A stretch of DNA of 64,000 nt, from the NCBI GenBank assembly GCA_903884005.1, contig CAISDA010000040.1, positions 1,539-65,538 of the forward strand, read 5' to 3'. The notes under the pieces were generated by a model. That model saw only the letters and a list, made by a program, of their open reading frames with translations, was not told the DNA's origin and made no database searches. The stretch comes from an uncultured Ignavibacteriota bacterium. GTDB lineage: Bacteria > Bacteroidota > Ignavibacteria > UBA10030 > UBA8401. Shown piece after piece: positions 1-8,661 of this stretch (its first letter is position 1; each line of letters begins with the position of its first letter). The position numbers were made by a program, and so were the translations under genes.

Positions 1-1256
1 CTATGCAGCAGGCCGGCGTCACATTGAGCTTCAGCGACCTCGTGCAGAATTTTGAGATCGCAAACATCGTGAACGACAGGACCATCAACACAAAATACGG
101 ATACGTGTATCCGACGATCGTCAAGGCAGCCGGAACAACGTTTATGTCGCCGGGGTATACGTCGGCGGGCGACCCGGATATCATACAGCCGTACGGCGCG
201 ATGTACATGAAATTCAAGGCCGGGTCGAATCTGAAGGCGCTGTTCACGGCAGATCCGAATCTTGTCGTGAAGGCGCTGGAGATCACCGCGAGTTCACAAA
301 AACTTGTTGATATCACAAGCGGCGTCCAGTTTGCAGAGCCCGGGTTCGGTTCGACATATCCGGAAATCGATTTTATGATTATCAACCGGGACGCCAGTCA
401 GCATTCGGTCACGTCTGTCATCACAGGTACCGGCGTATCCGCCGTGGAATTAAAATATGAGATTTTCGAACCGTCAGGGTATCTGTCCAACGCCGAGAAC
501 GACACCACATGCGTGACATTCGATGGCGTCTCGGGCGCCAGGCTCGATTCTGTCAAGATCGCATTGCGGCGTCCGGGTTCGATGACGGGCGGCATCTGGA
601 GTCTCAACACGACGACGCGCCGTCCCTTGGGAACACCGCTGGCGGTTCCGATGACCGCAACCAGTACGATGGCCGCGCCGCCCGTGCCGTACCCCGTGCC
701 ATGGCCGAGCTGGGCGACACTCGATGTGCGGTCCAAAAATATCGACGCGTCGAATCCCTTTGTTGTGGCCGTACGGAACGAAGGTGTATACACTGCCGCG
801 CCCCGTGTGATGGTGAGCAAGTACGCAAGCAGCTCGTCGTATCATAGTTTCACATTCCAAAGTACGAACGCAACGCCGGACTGGTATTATTTGAGCGCAA
901 CGGCGGAACCGGACAGCATCTGGCTCTACCATATTCGCGCCTATGTGAGTTTCGGCCCGACCGATGTGCGCAAGCCGATGGAACTCATGCCGTCGACGAC
1001 TGCGCTGGCGCAAAATTATCCGAATCCGTTCAATCCCTCGACAACACTGCAGTTTTCGCTTGCTGCGCGTCAATTTGTGTCGCTGAAAATATACGATGTG
1101 CTCGGTAAGGAGGTAGCCGCCATCGTGAATGACGAACTGCCGGCGGGTACCTATTCCCGCACCTGGAATGCCTCAGCAATGCCGAGCGGCGTGTATTTCT
1201 CGACTCTGAAGGCGGGGGGCGTGACGGAAACAAAGCGCATCGTACTGACAAAGTAA
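1..1256 (+). CDS. Secreted protein with C-terminal T9SS type A sorting domain (probably 5'-truncated by window edge)
   Basis: C-terminus LAQNYPNPFNPSTT...KIYDVLGKEV...SGVYF...KRIVLTK; frame open at window start. Confidence 0.85.
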   Translation, partial: MQQAGVTLSFSDLVQNFEIANIVNDRTINTKYGYVYPTIVKAAGTTFMSPGYTSAGDPDIIQPYGAMYMKFKAGSNLKALFTADPNLVVKALEITASSQKLVDITSGVQFAEPGFGSTYPEIDFMIINRDASQHSVTSVITGTGVSAVELKYEIFEPSGYLSNAENDTTCVTFDGVSGARLDSVKIALRRPGSMTGGIWSLNTTTRRPLGTPLAVPMTATSTMAAPPVPYPVPWPSWATLDVRSKNIDASNPFVVAVRNEGVYTAAPRVMVSKYASSSSYHSFTFQSTNATPDWYYLSATAEPDSIWLYHIRAYVSFGPTDVRKPMELMPSTTALAQNYPNPFNPSTTLQFSLAARQFVSLKIYDVLGKEVAAIVNDELPAGTYSRTWNASAMPSGVYFSTLKAGGVTETKRIVLTK

Positions 1257-1397
1257 CAGCGCCGACCCATGTCTGAACGTGATCGAAGCGGTGGAGGGCG
1301 AAATAGTATTTCGCTCGGGGCGAGGTACAGTCTCGCCCCGCACTGTGACGATGTGTTTGGAAATTTCAAAAAATATTAAAAAATATACGAAGAGCGC

Positions 1398-1426
1398 TTG
1401 CCTTCATACTGCAAGTTTCTTATATT
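1398..1426 (+). promoter_or_regulatory. Sigma70-type promoter of tRNA-Leu
   Basis: TTGCCT (1398-1403), 17 bp, TATATT (1421-1426), 9 nt before the tRNA. Confidence 0.7.
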
Positions 1427-1435
1427 TGAAGGCAA

Positions 1436-1518
1436 GCGGAACTGGTGGAATTGGCAGACACACTATCTTGAGGGGGTAGCGCCCAAAAGGCGTGCGGGTT
1501 CAAGTCCCGCGTTCCGCA
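1436..1518 (+). tRNA. tRNA-Leu (GAG), CCA not encoded
   Basis: GCGGAAC..GTTCCGC acceptor stem, anticodon arm CTATC-TTGAGGG-GGTAG, long variable arm, GGTTCAAGTC T loop. Confidence 0.97.
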
Positions 1519-1630
1519 CTACATGACAGGGGAAGTTGAAAATATTTTGAGGTCATAGTCGCATCAAACGGTACGATGTGCCGGTCTTCAATTGTTTGTA
1601 TTGTTTGCATAGTAAAGTAGAGGAGCGATC

Positions 1631-2035
1631 ATGAAAACGCTCGTAGTGGTTTTGGTATTGGCCGTGGTGAGCACTGCGCTTGCAGTGGCTCTTCCCATTA
1701 AAAGCGGCTCGCTCGTGGCCCGTTCAGACGGGAACAACGTGACCATTCAATGGGGCACGACGGACGAATCGGCGGTAAAGGAATTCGGCATCGAACGCCG
1801 TCCCGCAACCGGAAGTGATTTTGTGCTCGTTGCCACCGTGGCGGCGAAAGGCAGCAACTCGTCGTATGAATACGTGGACCAGACCGCGTTTAAGACCACC
1901 GGCTCGGTGTATCAGTACCGCATCAGGATCGTCGACACCAATTCGGGCGTCAGTTATTCTGAACCGATCAGCGTGTCGCACAATGTCTCGAGTGTGAAGA
2001 GGACGTGGGGAAGTTTGAAGGCGATGTTCCGGTAA
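1631..2035 (+). CDS. Small secreted beta-sandwich (FN3-like) protein ending in TWGSLKAMFR
   Basis: AGGAG RBS, signal peptide MKTLVVVLVLAVVSTALA, W-x-T..E..F-x-IER and Y-x-Y-x-D..YQYRI patterns. Confidence 0.85.
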   Translation: MKTLVVVLVLAVVSTALAVALPIKSGSLVARSDGNNVTIQWGTTDESAVKEFGIERRPATGSDFVLVATVAAKGSNSSYEYVDQTAFKTTGSVYQYRIRIVDTNSGVSYSEPISVSHNVSSVKRTWGSLKAMFR

Positions 2036-2070
2036 CACTTCGGGTGCACTGATAAACATAAAGTTTACAC

Positions 2071-2104
2071 AAAAGCCTCTGCACTGTCCCATGCAGAGGC
2101 TTTT
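2071..2104. terminator. Bidirectional intrinsic terminator
   Basis: AAAAGCCTCTGCA-loop-TGCAGAGGCTTTT between convergent genes. Confidence 0.85.
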
Positions 2105-2113
2105 GTGTTCATA

Positions 2114-2491
2114 TCACAGATTCGCGAACTTCCACGCGCCGATCCCGCCCTTCAGATTGCCGACGGTAAATCCCGCTTTCTTCAGTTGCACCGCAGCGCT
2201 GCTGCTTCTGCTCCCGCTCGCGCAATAGAGAATCACCTCGCGCGTTTTGTGTTTCTCCAGCGTTTTGATCTTTGCGGACAGTTCGTGCAACGGGATGTGC
2301 AGCGAGCCGGCGATCGACGACTGCTTGCGTTCCGCCGCCGTCCTGACATCCAGGAGCACGCTGCCGGCGCTGACGCGTTCTCTGGCTTCGCCGGGTGTAT
2401 ACTGCGCAATGCCGCGGGACTGCATTTTTTTCCATCCATACACGAGCACGACTGCTCCGGCAAGGACATAATAAAAGGTGAGTGAATCCAT
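2114..2491 (-). CDS. Rhodanese-like domain protein with N-terminal membrane anchor
   Basis: LLDVRT..E, HIPL, YCASGSRS active-site loop, LKGGIGAW. Confidence 0.9.
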   Translation of the reverse strand: MDSLTFYYVLAGAVVLVYGWKKMQSRGIAQYTPGEARERVSAGSVLLDVRTAAERKQSSIAGSLHIPLHELSAKIKTLEKHKTREVILYCASGSRSSSAAVQLKKAGFTVGNLKGGIGAWKFANL

Positions 2492-2677
2492 GGTGTGCGA
2501 TCTTTCGATAAGGTGTGGAAAGAGAACGTGCTATATCCTATAGGATGCAGGCTGCGGGTGAAACGATTCATTCGGTTGACGGCCTGCTGTTCTCCCGGAC
2601 ACGGGAGTGTTCGGTGCGCATGTACGGTGGAACCCCGGGCACGGTTCGCGTGCGTGGCGTGCAATGCGCGTGCTGCA

Positions 2678-2731
2678 TTGAATGAGAAAAAGAGTTTAAA
2701 TGAGAGAAAGAGTTTGAACGAGAAAGTGTTG
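2678..2731 (+). repeat. Three imperfect 18-bp direct repeats abutting the arc-operon -35
   Basis: TTGAATGAGAAAAAGAGT / TTAAATGAGAGAAAGAGT / TTGAACGAGAAAGTGTTG. Confidence 0.75.
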
Positions 2732-2757
2732 ACTTAAAAAAAAATATTAAGTATTTT
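2729..2757 (+). promoter_or_regulatory. Sigma70-type promoter of the arginine operon
   Basis: TTGACT (2729-2734), 17 bp, TATTTT (2752-2757); same pair found before prs. Confidence 0.7.
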
Positions 2758-3139
2758 GCTCACGAACATTAGAGGACGATTCACACCACGGGGACGAATG
2801 TTCACGAGAGCCTCACCCATACCCGTCGAAGTATACTGCTTCCAGTGAAGTGCATCAGAGTCCGTTCCGCACGACGGGGACTCAGACCGCGAAGCACTTC
2901 AGCCTAGATCGATCCTACCCGGGATCATGTTCTGCATTGCATCCGGTAGTGAATTCAATACAAAATACACCACACTGCGCTCTCCGGCTGCGGCATTGAC
3001 CCGGACTGAGCACCGCGTGTTCAAGAGTAGGGGTATTCTGTTTCTATCGCCGGTGTTTTTCCGGTACATCAACCAACACGCGCTGCGCTCGCCCATGAGC
3101 GCCGGGCAGGCAGTTGACCATCAACCAAGGAGCATCATT

Positions 3140-4060
3140 GTGAAGGCACAAGATTTTCTTTCCGTTCGTGACATGGATGCAGAAGAAATTCATGAAACGT
3201 TCCGCATTGCGCGGGACATGAAGGCTGACCGTAACAAATATTCCGCCGCTTTAAAGGGAGAAACGCTCGCGCTCATTTTCGAGAAGCCGTCGCTGCGCAC
3301 GCGCACATCGTTCGATGTGGGCATTCAGCAGCTGGGCGGATTTTCGCTCTATCTGTCTCCCGCAGAGATCAGCCTCGGCAAGCGCGAATCGGTGCACGAT
3401 GTGGCGAAGAACCTCGAGCGGATGGTGCAGGGCATCATGATCCGGACGTTCGCCCACCAGATCGTGGTGGATATGGCGAAGTATGCGTCGATCCCCGTGA
3501 TCAACGGGCTGACCGATTATTCCCATCCCTGTCAGGCGATGGCCGATTTTTTGACCATCCTCGAACACAAGAAGACCCTGGAAGGGCTGAAACTATGTTA
3601 TGTCGGCGACGGAAATAATGTCGCGCACTCGCTGATGTTCGCGGGCGCGCTGCTCGGCGTCAGCGTCACGGTGTTGTGTCCGCCTGATTTCGAGCCGGAC
3701 CCCGCGGCGCTCACGCAGGCCGTTGAGGACGCGCAAAAAACAGGCGCCGTGATAGAGGTTGTTCATGATCCGATCGAGGGAGTGAAGAACGCGGATGTGA
3801 TCTATACGGATGTGTGGGCCTCGATGGGACAGGAAAGCGAAACGGAAAAACGGAAAAAAATATTTCAGCCGTACCAGGTCAACAGCGGGTTGATGGCGCA
3901 TGCGAAAAGCGATGCGTTGTTCATGCACTGTCTGCCGGCGCACCGGGGCGACGAAGTCACGGATGCGGTGATCGACTCGCCGCAGTCCGTCGTGTTCGAC
4001 GAGGCGGAGAACCGCCTGCATGTGCAGAAGGCGATCATGTACCAGCTGATGAAACCATAA
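3140..4060 (+). CDS. argF: Ornithine carbamoyltransferase (ArgF/ArcB)
   Basis: FEKPSLRTR, HPCQ, DVWASMG, HCLP motifs; GTG start at 3140 after AAGGAG (ORF track starts too early at 2927). Confidence 0.95.
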   Translation: MKAQDFLSVRDMDAEEIHETFRIARDMKADRNKYSAALKGETLALIFEKPSLRTRTSFDVGIQQLGGFSLYLSPAEISLGKRESVHDVAKNLERMVQGIMIRTFAHQIVVDMAKYASIPVINGLTDYSHPCQAMADFLTILEHKKTLEGLKLCYVGDGNNVAHSLMFAGALLGVSVTVLCPPDFEPDPAALTQAVEDAQKTGAVIEVVHDPIEGVKNADVIYTDVWASMGQESETEKRKKIFQPYQVNSGLMAHAKSDALFMHCLPAHRGDEVTDAVIDSPQSVVFDEAENRLHVQKAIMYQLMKP

Positions 4061-4090
4061 CGTCAATACACCCAGTGTGAAAGAAACAGT

Positions 4091-5032
4091 ATGCCTAAAA
4101 CGGCACTCATAGCAATCGGCGGCAACTCGCTCATTCGCGCAGGCGAACGCGGGACGATCGACGAACAGCTCGGCAACGCGCATGCGACAGCCAGAAGCAT
4201 GGTCCAGTTGGTGGCGCGGGGCTGGCGTCTGGTGATCACACACGGCAACGGCCCGCAGGTGGGCGCGGCGCTGCTTCGCTCCGAGCGCGCTGCCGGCGAA
4301 GTCTACTCGCACCCGCTCGACGTCTGCGTAGCGACAACGCAAAGCGAGATCGGCTACATTATACAGCGGGCAGTGGAATACGAACTGCGCCAGATCGGCC
4401 TGTTCACGCCCGTGATGACGGTACTGACGCAGGTGCGCGTGGACGAACACGATCCGGCGTTCCTGCATCCTACGAAACCGATCGGGCCGTTCTATTCGAA
4501 GGCTGACGCCGAAGAAAAGGAACGGACCCTGGGATGGAGCATCGTTGAAGATGCATCCCGCGGCTATCGACGTGTGGTTCCGTCTCCTGAGCCCGTTGAA
4601 GTGTTCGAGCAGGACATTATCCGGAAAATTCTTGACCTGGGCATGATCGTCATCGCCGTCGGAGGCGGGGGAATACCCGTCATAGAAAAAGACAATTATC
4701 TTGTGCTCGGCAGGGAAGCGGTGATCGACAAGGACCGCGCATCGTCACTGCTCGCATCAGAACTCAACACGGACCTCTTTATTATCAGCACCGACGTGCA
4801 ACAGGTGTTTATCGACTATAAGCAGCCGACGCAGCGGGCGGTCGGGAACACGACGGTGAGTGAAATGGAAGGGTACCTGGCGCAAAAGCAGTTCGCCGCG
4901 GGCAGCATGGGACCGAAAGTGGAATCGGCGATCCGCTACATCAAAAAAGGAGGGCAGGAGGCGATCATCACATCGTTCGAGTGCCTTCTGGACGCGGTCG
5001 ACGGAAAAACCGGCACGCATGTGTTTCCCTGA
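4091..5032 (+). CDS. arcC: Carbamate kinase
   Basis: AIGGNSL, THGNGPQVG, PTKPIGPFY, RRVVPSP, AVIDKD, GSMGPK. Confidence 0.96.
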   Translation: MPKTALIAIGGNSLIRAGERGTIDEQLGNAHATARSMVQLVARGWRLVITHGNGPQVGAALLRSERAAGEVYSHPLDVCVATTQSEIGYIIQRAVEYELRQIGLFTPVMTVLTQVRVDEHDPAFLHPTKPIGPFYSKADAEEKERTLGWSIVEDASRGYRRVVPSPEPVEVFEQDIIRKILDLGMIVIAVGGGGIPVIEKDNYLVLGREAVIDKDRASSLLASELNTDLFIISTDVQQVFIDYKQPTQRAVGNTTVSEMEGYLAQKQFAAGSMGPKVESAIRYIKKGGQEAIITSFECLLDAVDGKTGTHVFP

Positions 5033-5083
5033 GCACACAGCCGGACACGGTTCCTGACTACATTATTCTGGAGAGACATCCCT

Positions 5084-6001
5084 ATGAAACTCACCCATGT
5101 CATCGAATCTCAACAGTTCACCGTTCCTTCGTTGATGGAATTATTTGACCGCGCCCAGCTGATGGAAAAGATCGCTGCCCGGGGCGGCACCCGCGACTAC
5201 GAGAACAAGATCATGGCGACGCTGTTCTACAAATCGTCGACGCGGACGCGCTTCTCGTTCGAAGCCGCGATGTACCGGCTCGGCGGGAAGGTGCTGGCGA
5301 CCGAGCACGCCAACGAATTTTCTTCGGAGATCGACGGCGGGCAGCTTGAGGATACCATCCGCATCATTGCGAATTGCAGCGATGTCATCGTGCTTCGGCA
5401 TACGGATGAAGGCGCGGCAAAACGTGCGTCGCTCGTGTCGACCGTACCCGTCATCAATGCGGGGGAAGGCGCAGGTGGGCAGCATCCGACGCAGGCGCTC
5501 CTCGACCTCTACACGATCTACAGGGAATGCAAGGCGCTCAACGGGCTGTCCGTTGCACTCATGGGCGAGTTGGACAACGGACGGACCGCGCGGTCGCTGG
5601 CGTACTTGCTCAGCAAATTCGACCGAGTGAAATTGTATTTTATCGCGCCCTCGGAGATACAGATCAAGCCGGACATCCTGGCATATCTGGACAGCCACCG
5701 GGTGCAGTATGAACTTGCCGAGAGCCCGGAACATATTCTCTCGCATGTCGATGTCGTGTATCGCACGCACATTGACCGCGAACGTCTTCAGCGCCGCGAC
5801 ATCGACCTGACGCCATACAACATCAACGCCGGCGTGCTCTCGACGATGAAATCCAATGCGATCATCATGCATCCGCTGCCGCGCTCGGTCGAGATCGATC
5901 CGGCTGTGGACAACGATCCGCGCGCCGTGTATTTTCGCCAGTCGCGCAACGGCCTGTTTGTGCGCATGGCGCTGTTGACAATTCTTTTCGATCAGGGATA
6001 A
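5084..6001 (+). CDS. pyrB: Aspartate carbamoyltransferase-like protein with altered aspartate-binding residues
   Basis: SSTRTRFSF, LRH, INAG..QHPTQALLD, HPLPR, YFRQ..NG..VRMALL; but SSxxKGE is SSEIDGG and TRIQ is THID. Confidence 0.8.
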   Translation: MKLTHVIESQQFTVPSLMELFDRAQLMEKIAARGGTRDYENKIMATLFYKSSTRTRFSFEAAMYRLGGKVLATEHANEFSSEIDGGQLEDTIRIIANCSDVIVLRHTDEGAAKRASLVSTVPVINAGEGAGGQHPTQALLDLYTIYRECKALNGLSVALMGELDNGRTARSLAYLLSKFDRVKLYFIAPSEIQIKPDILAYLDSHRVQYELAESPEHILSHVDVVYRTHIDRERLQRRDIDLTPYNINAGVLSTMKSNAIIMHPLPRSVEIDPAVDNDPRAVYFRQSRNGLFVRMALLTILFDQG

Positions 6002-6063
6002 GCACAGACAACTGAAGGATAGTACGTCGCGTCAATGGAATCATACACAAAGGATATTCCAGC

Positions 6064-7260
6064 ATGAATACGAACGACTATATCGCCCTCGAAGAAGAAT
6101 ACGGCGCGCACAATTATCATCCACTTGATGTGGTGATCGAACGGGCTGAAGGCGTGTGGGTGACGGATGTCGAGGGCCGCCGGTATCTCGACTGCCTCGC
6201 GGCATACTCGGCGCTGAATCAGGGGCATTGCCATCCGAAGATCATGGAGGCATTTGTTGCCCAGGCGAAGAAGGTGACTCTGACAAGCCGTGCGTTCCGT
6301 AACGATCAACTCCCGCTCCTTTATAAGATGCTGCACGACATGACGGGATATGAGATGTCGCTGCCCATGAACTCGGGCGCCGAGGCGGTCGAGACGGCGA
6401 TCAAAGCCGCACGCAAATGGGGCTATACGGTGAAGGGGATCCCCGAGAACAAGGCGGAGATCATCTGCGCCGCCGATAATTTTCACGGGCGGACGACAAC
6501 GATCGTGGGATTTTCGACGGAGGAACAGTACAAAAAAGATTTTGGTCCGTTCACGCCGGGATTCCGCATCGTGAAATTCGGCGACATCGATGCCCTGAAG
6601 AGCGCCATCACGCCGAACACCGCCGCCTTTCTCGTGGAGCCTATACAGGGAGAGGCGGGGATCATTGTGCCGCCCGAGGGGTATCTTCGTGAGGCGGCGC
6701 GGATCTGCAAAGAGCAGAACGTGCTCCTGATCTGCGACGAGATCCAATCGGGCCTCGGCCGCAGCGGCAAGCTCTTCGCATTCGAGTACGACAACATTCG
6801 TCCCGACATGGTCGTCATCGGCAAGGCATTATCAGGAGGTTTCTATCCCGTTTCCGCGGTACTTGCGGACAACAACATCCTCGGCGTCTTCAAGCCCGGC
6901 GAGCACGGCTCGACATTCGGCGGCAATCCGCTTGCCGCGGCCGTCGCCTGTGCCGCGCTGCGCGTGCTTGCGGACGAGGATTTGATCGCGAAATCGTTCG
7001 AGCTCGGCGCATATTTTATGGCGAAGCTCCGCGCGATCGACAGCCCGCATGTCAAGGAGATCCGCGGCCGCGGACTGTGGATAGGATTTGTGCTCGACAC
7101 GCCTGCGCGCCCGTACTGCATCGCGCTGATGAACGAAGGAATTCTCTGCAAGGAGACGCACGAGAATGTCATCCGGTTCGCGCCGCCGCTGGTCATCACG
7201 CGGGAAGAGATCGACTGGGCATGCGAGCGCATTCAAAAAGTTGTCTATGCGATTCACTAA
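6064..7260 (+). CDS. rocD: Ornithine--oxo-acid aminotransferase
   Basis: GAHNYHPL, YSALNQGH, LTSRAF, EPIQGEAG, DEIQSGLGR, PLP lysine in GKALSGG, HGSTFGGNP. Confidence 0.96.
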   Translation: MNTNDYIALEEEYGAHNYHPLDVVIERAEGVWVTDVEGRRYLDCLAAYSALNQGHCHPKIMEAFVAQAKKVTLTSRAFRNDQLPLLYKMLHDMTGYEMSLPMNSGAEAVETAIKAARKWGYTVKGIPENKAEIICAADNFHGRTTTIVGFSTEEQYKKDFGPFTPGFRIVKFGDIDALKSAITPNTAAFLVEPIQGEAGIIVPPEGYLREAARICKEQNVLLICDEIQSGLGRSGKLFAFEYDNIRPDMVVIGKALSGGFYPVSAVLADNNILGVFKPGEHGSTFGGNPLAAAVACAALRVLADEDLIAKSFELGAYFMAKLRAIDSPHVKEIRGRGLWIGFVLDTPARPYCIALMNEGILCKETHENVIRFAPPLVITREEIDWACERIQKVVYAIH

Positions 7261-7323
7261 TAATGAACGATCCTCTTTTCGCACTAAAGAGTGAAGCACG
7301 TCAATTATCATTAGGAGCAATCA

Positions 7324-8658
7324 ATGACGAATGCACAGCGAATCACGACGATCATCGTCGGTGCCGCAGGCCGCGATTTTCATAATTTCAATATGATCTA
7401 TCGGGGCAATGAAGCATATGATGTCGTCGCCTTTACGGCCGCGCAGATTCCGAATATTGCAGGCAGAAAATATCCCGCTTCGCTGGCCGGCTCGCTGTAT
7501 CCCTCCGGCATCCCGATCTTCGAGGAACGCGACCTCGAAAAGCTCATCGCAAAATTCAACGTGGAAGAGGTCGTCTTCTCGTACAGCGATGTCACCTATA
7601 ACCACGTCATGAGCATCGGCTCGCGGGTGACGGCGGCCGGCGCGCATTTCAAGCTGCTGAGCGCCGCTCAGACCATGATCAAAAGCACCAAGCCCGTCGT
7701 GTCTGTGTGCGCCGTGCGCACAGGCAGCGGTAAAAGCCAGACAACACGCCGTGTCTCCGCGATCCTGCAGAACCTGGGATACAGTGTGGCGGCAGTGCGT
7801 CATCCGATGCCGTACGGAGACCTTGAAAAACAAAAAGTGCAGCGCTATGCCACACTCGGTGATCTGAAGAAGCACAAATGCACGATCGAGGAGATGGAAG
7901 AGTACGAGCCGCACATTGTGAGCGGCACCATCATCTATGCCGGCGTCGATTACGCGGCGATCCTGGAGCAGGCGGAGAAGGATGCCGACGTGATCATCTG
8001 GGACGGGGGGAATAACGATCTGCCGTTCTATGCGCCCGACCTTCATATCGTCGTAGCCGATCCGCTTCGCACGGGCGACGAGTTGAAATATTTTCCGAGC
8101 GAGGCGAACCTCCGGCTCGCCGATGTTGTCATCATCAACAAGATCGATTCGGCCCTGCCGGACAATGTGACGAAATTGCGCGCCAACATACGCAGCGTCA
8201 ACACAACGGCGAAGATCATCGATGCCGCATCGCCGATCGCGCTCGAGGCGAGCCACACGATCGCCGGCAAGCGCGTGCTGGTGATAGAGGACGGGCCGAC
8301 CTTGACGCACGGTGAAATGAAATTCGGCGCAGGCACAGTCGCCGCGCTTAAATTCGGCGCCGGCGAGATCGTCGATCCGCGTCCGTACGTGAGCGGCGAG
8401 ATGAAGAAAACCTATGAGACCTATCCGAAGATCGGCGTGCTGCTGCCGGCCATGGGGTACAGCAACAAGCAGATCAAAGACCTTGAAGCAACGGTGAACC
8501 GCGTGCCCTGCGATGTTGTCATTATCGGCACGCCGATCGATCTCAGCCGCATCATCAAGATCACGAAACCGGCGCTTCGCGTTACGTACGACCTTCAGGA
8601 GATAGGCCAGCCCGACCTGCTGGCTGTGCTCAGCGACTTCGCCAGAAAAATACACTAA
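7324..8658 (+). CDS. arcE: cDPG-synthetase-like 'GTPase' family protein; probable arginine synthetase ArcE
   Basis: GAAGRDFHNFN, AFTAAQIP, RTGSGKSQT P-loop, RHPMPYG, EEMEEYEPH, WDGGNND, EDGPTLTHG; clustered with OTCase and carbamate kinase. Confidence 0.85.
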   Translation: MTNAQRITTIIVGAAGRDFHNFNMIYRGNEAYDVVAFTAAQIPNIAGRKYPASLAGSLYPSGIPIFEERDLEKLIAKFNVEEVVFSYSDVTYNHVMSIGSRVTAAGAHFKLLSAAQTMIKSTKPVVSVCAVRTGSGKSQTTRRVSAILQNLGYSVAAVRHPMPYGDLEKQKVQRYATLGDLKKHKCTIEEMEEYEPHIVSGTIIYAGVDYAAILEQAEKDADVIIWDGGNNDLPFYAPDLHIVVADPLRTGDELKYFPSEANLRLADVVIINKIDSALPDNVTKLRANIRSVNTTAKIIDAASPIALEASHTIAGKRVLVIEDGPTLTHGEMKFGAGTVAALKFGAGEIVDPRPYVSGEMKKTYETYPKIGVLLPAMGYSNKQIKDLEATVNRVPCDVVIIGTPIDLSRIIKITKPALRVTYDLQEIGQPDLLAVLSDFARKIH

Positions 8659-8661
8659 CGC

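Noticed and set aside
2948..2968. AGTGAATTCAATACA as an ARG box
   Set aside because: Half-site spacing is one base short of TGAAT-N4-ATTCA, it is single and far from the promoter.
2927..3139. N-terminal extension of OTCase in the ORF track
   Set aside because: No RBS at 2927; family similarity starts at GTG 3140 after AAGGAG.
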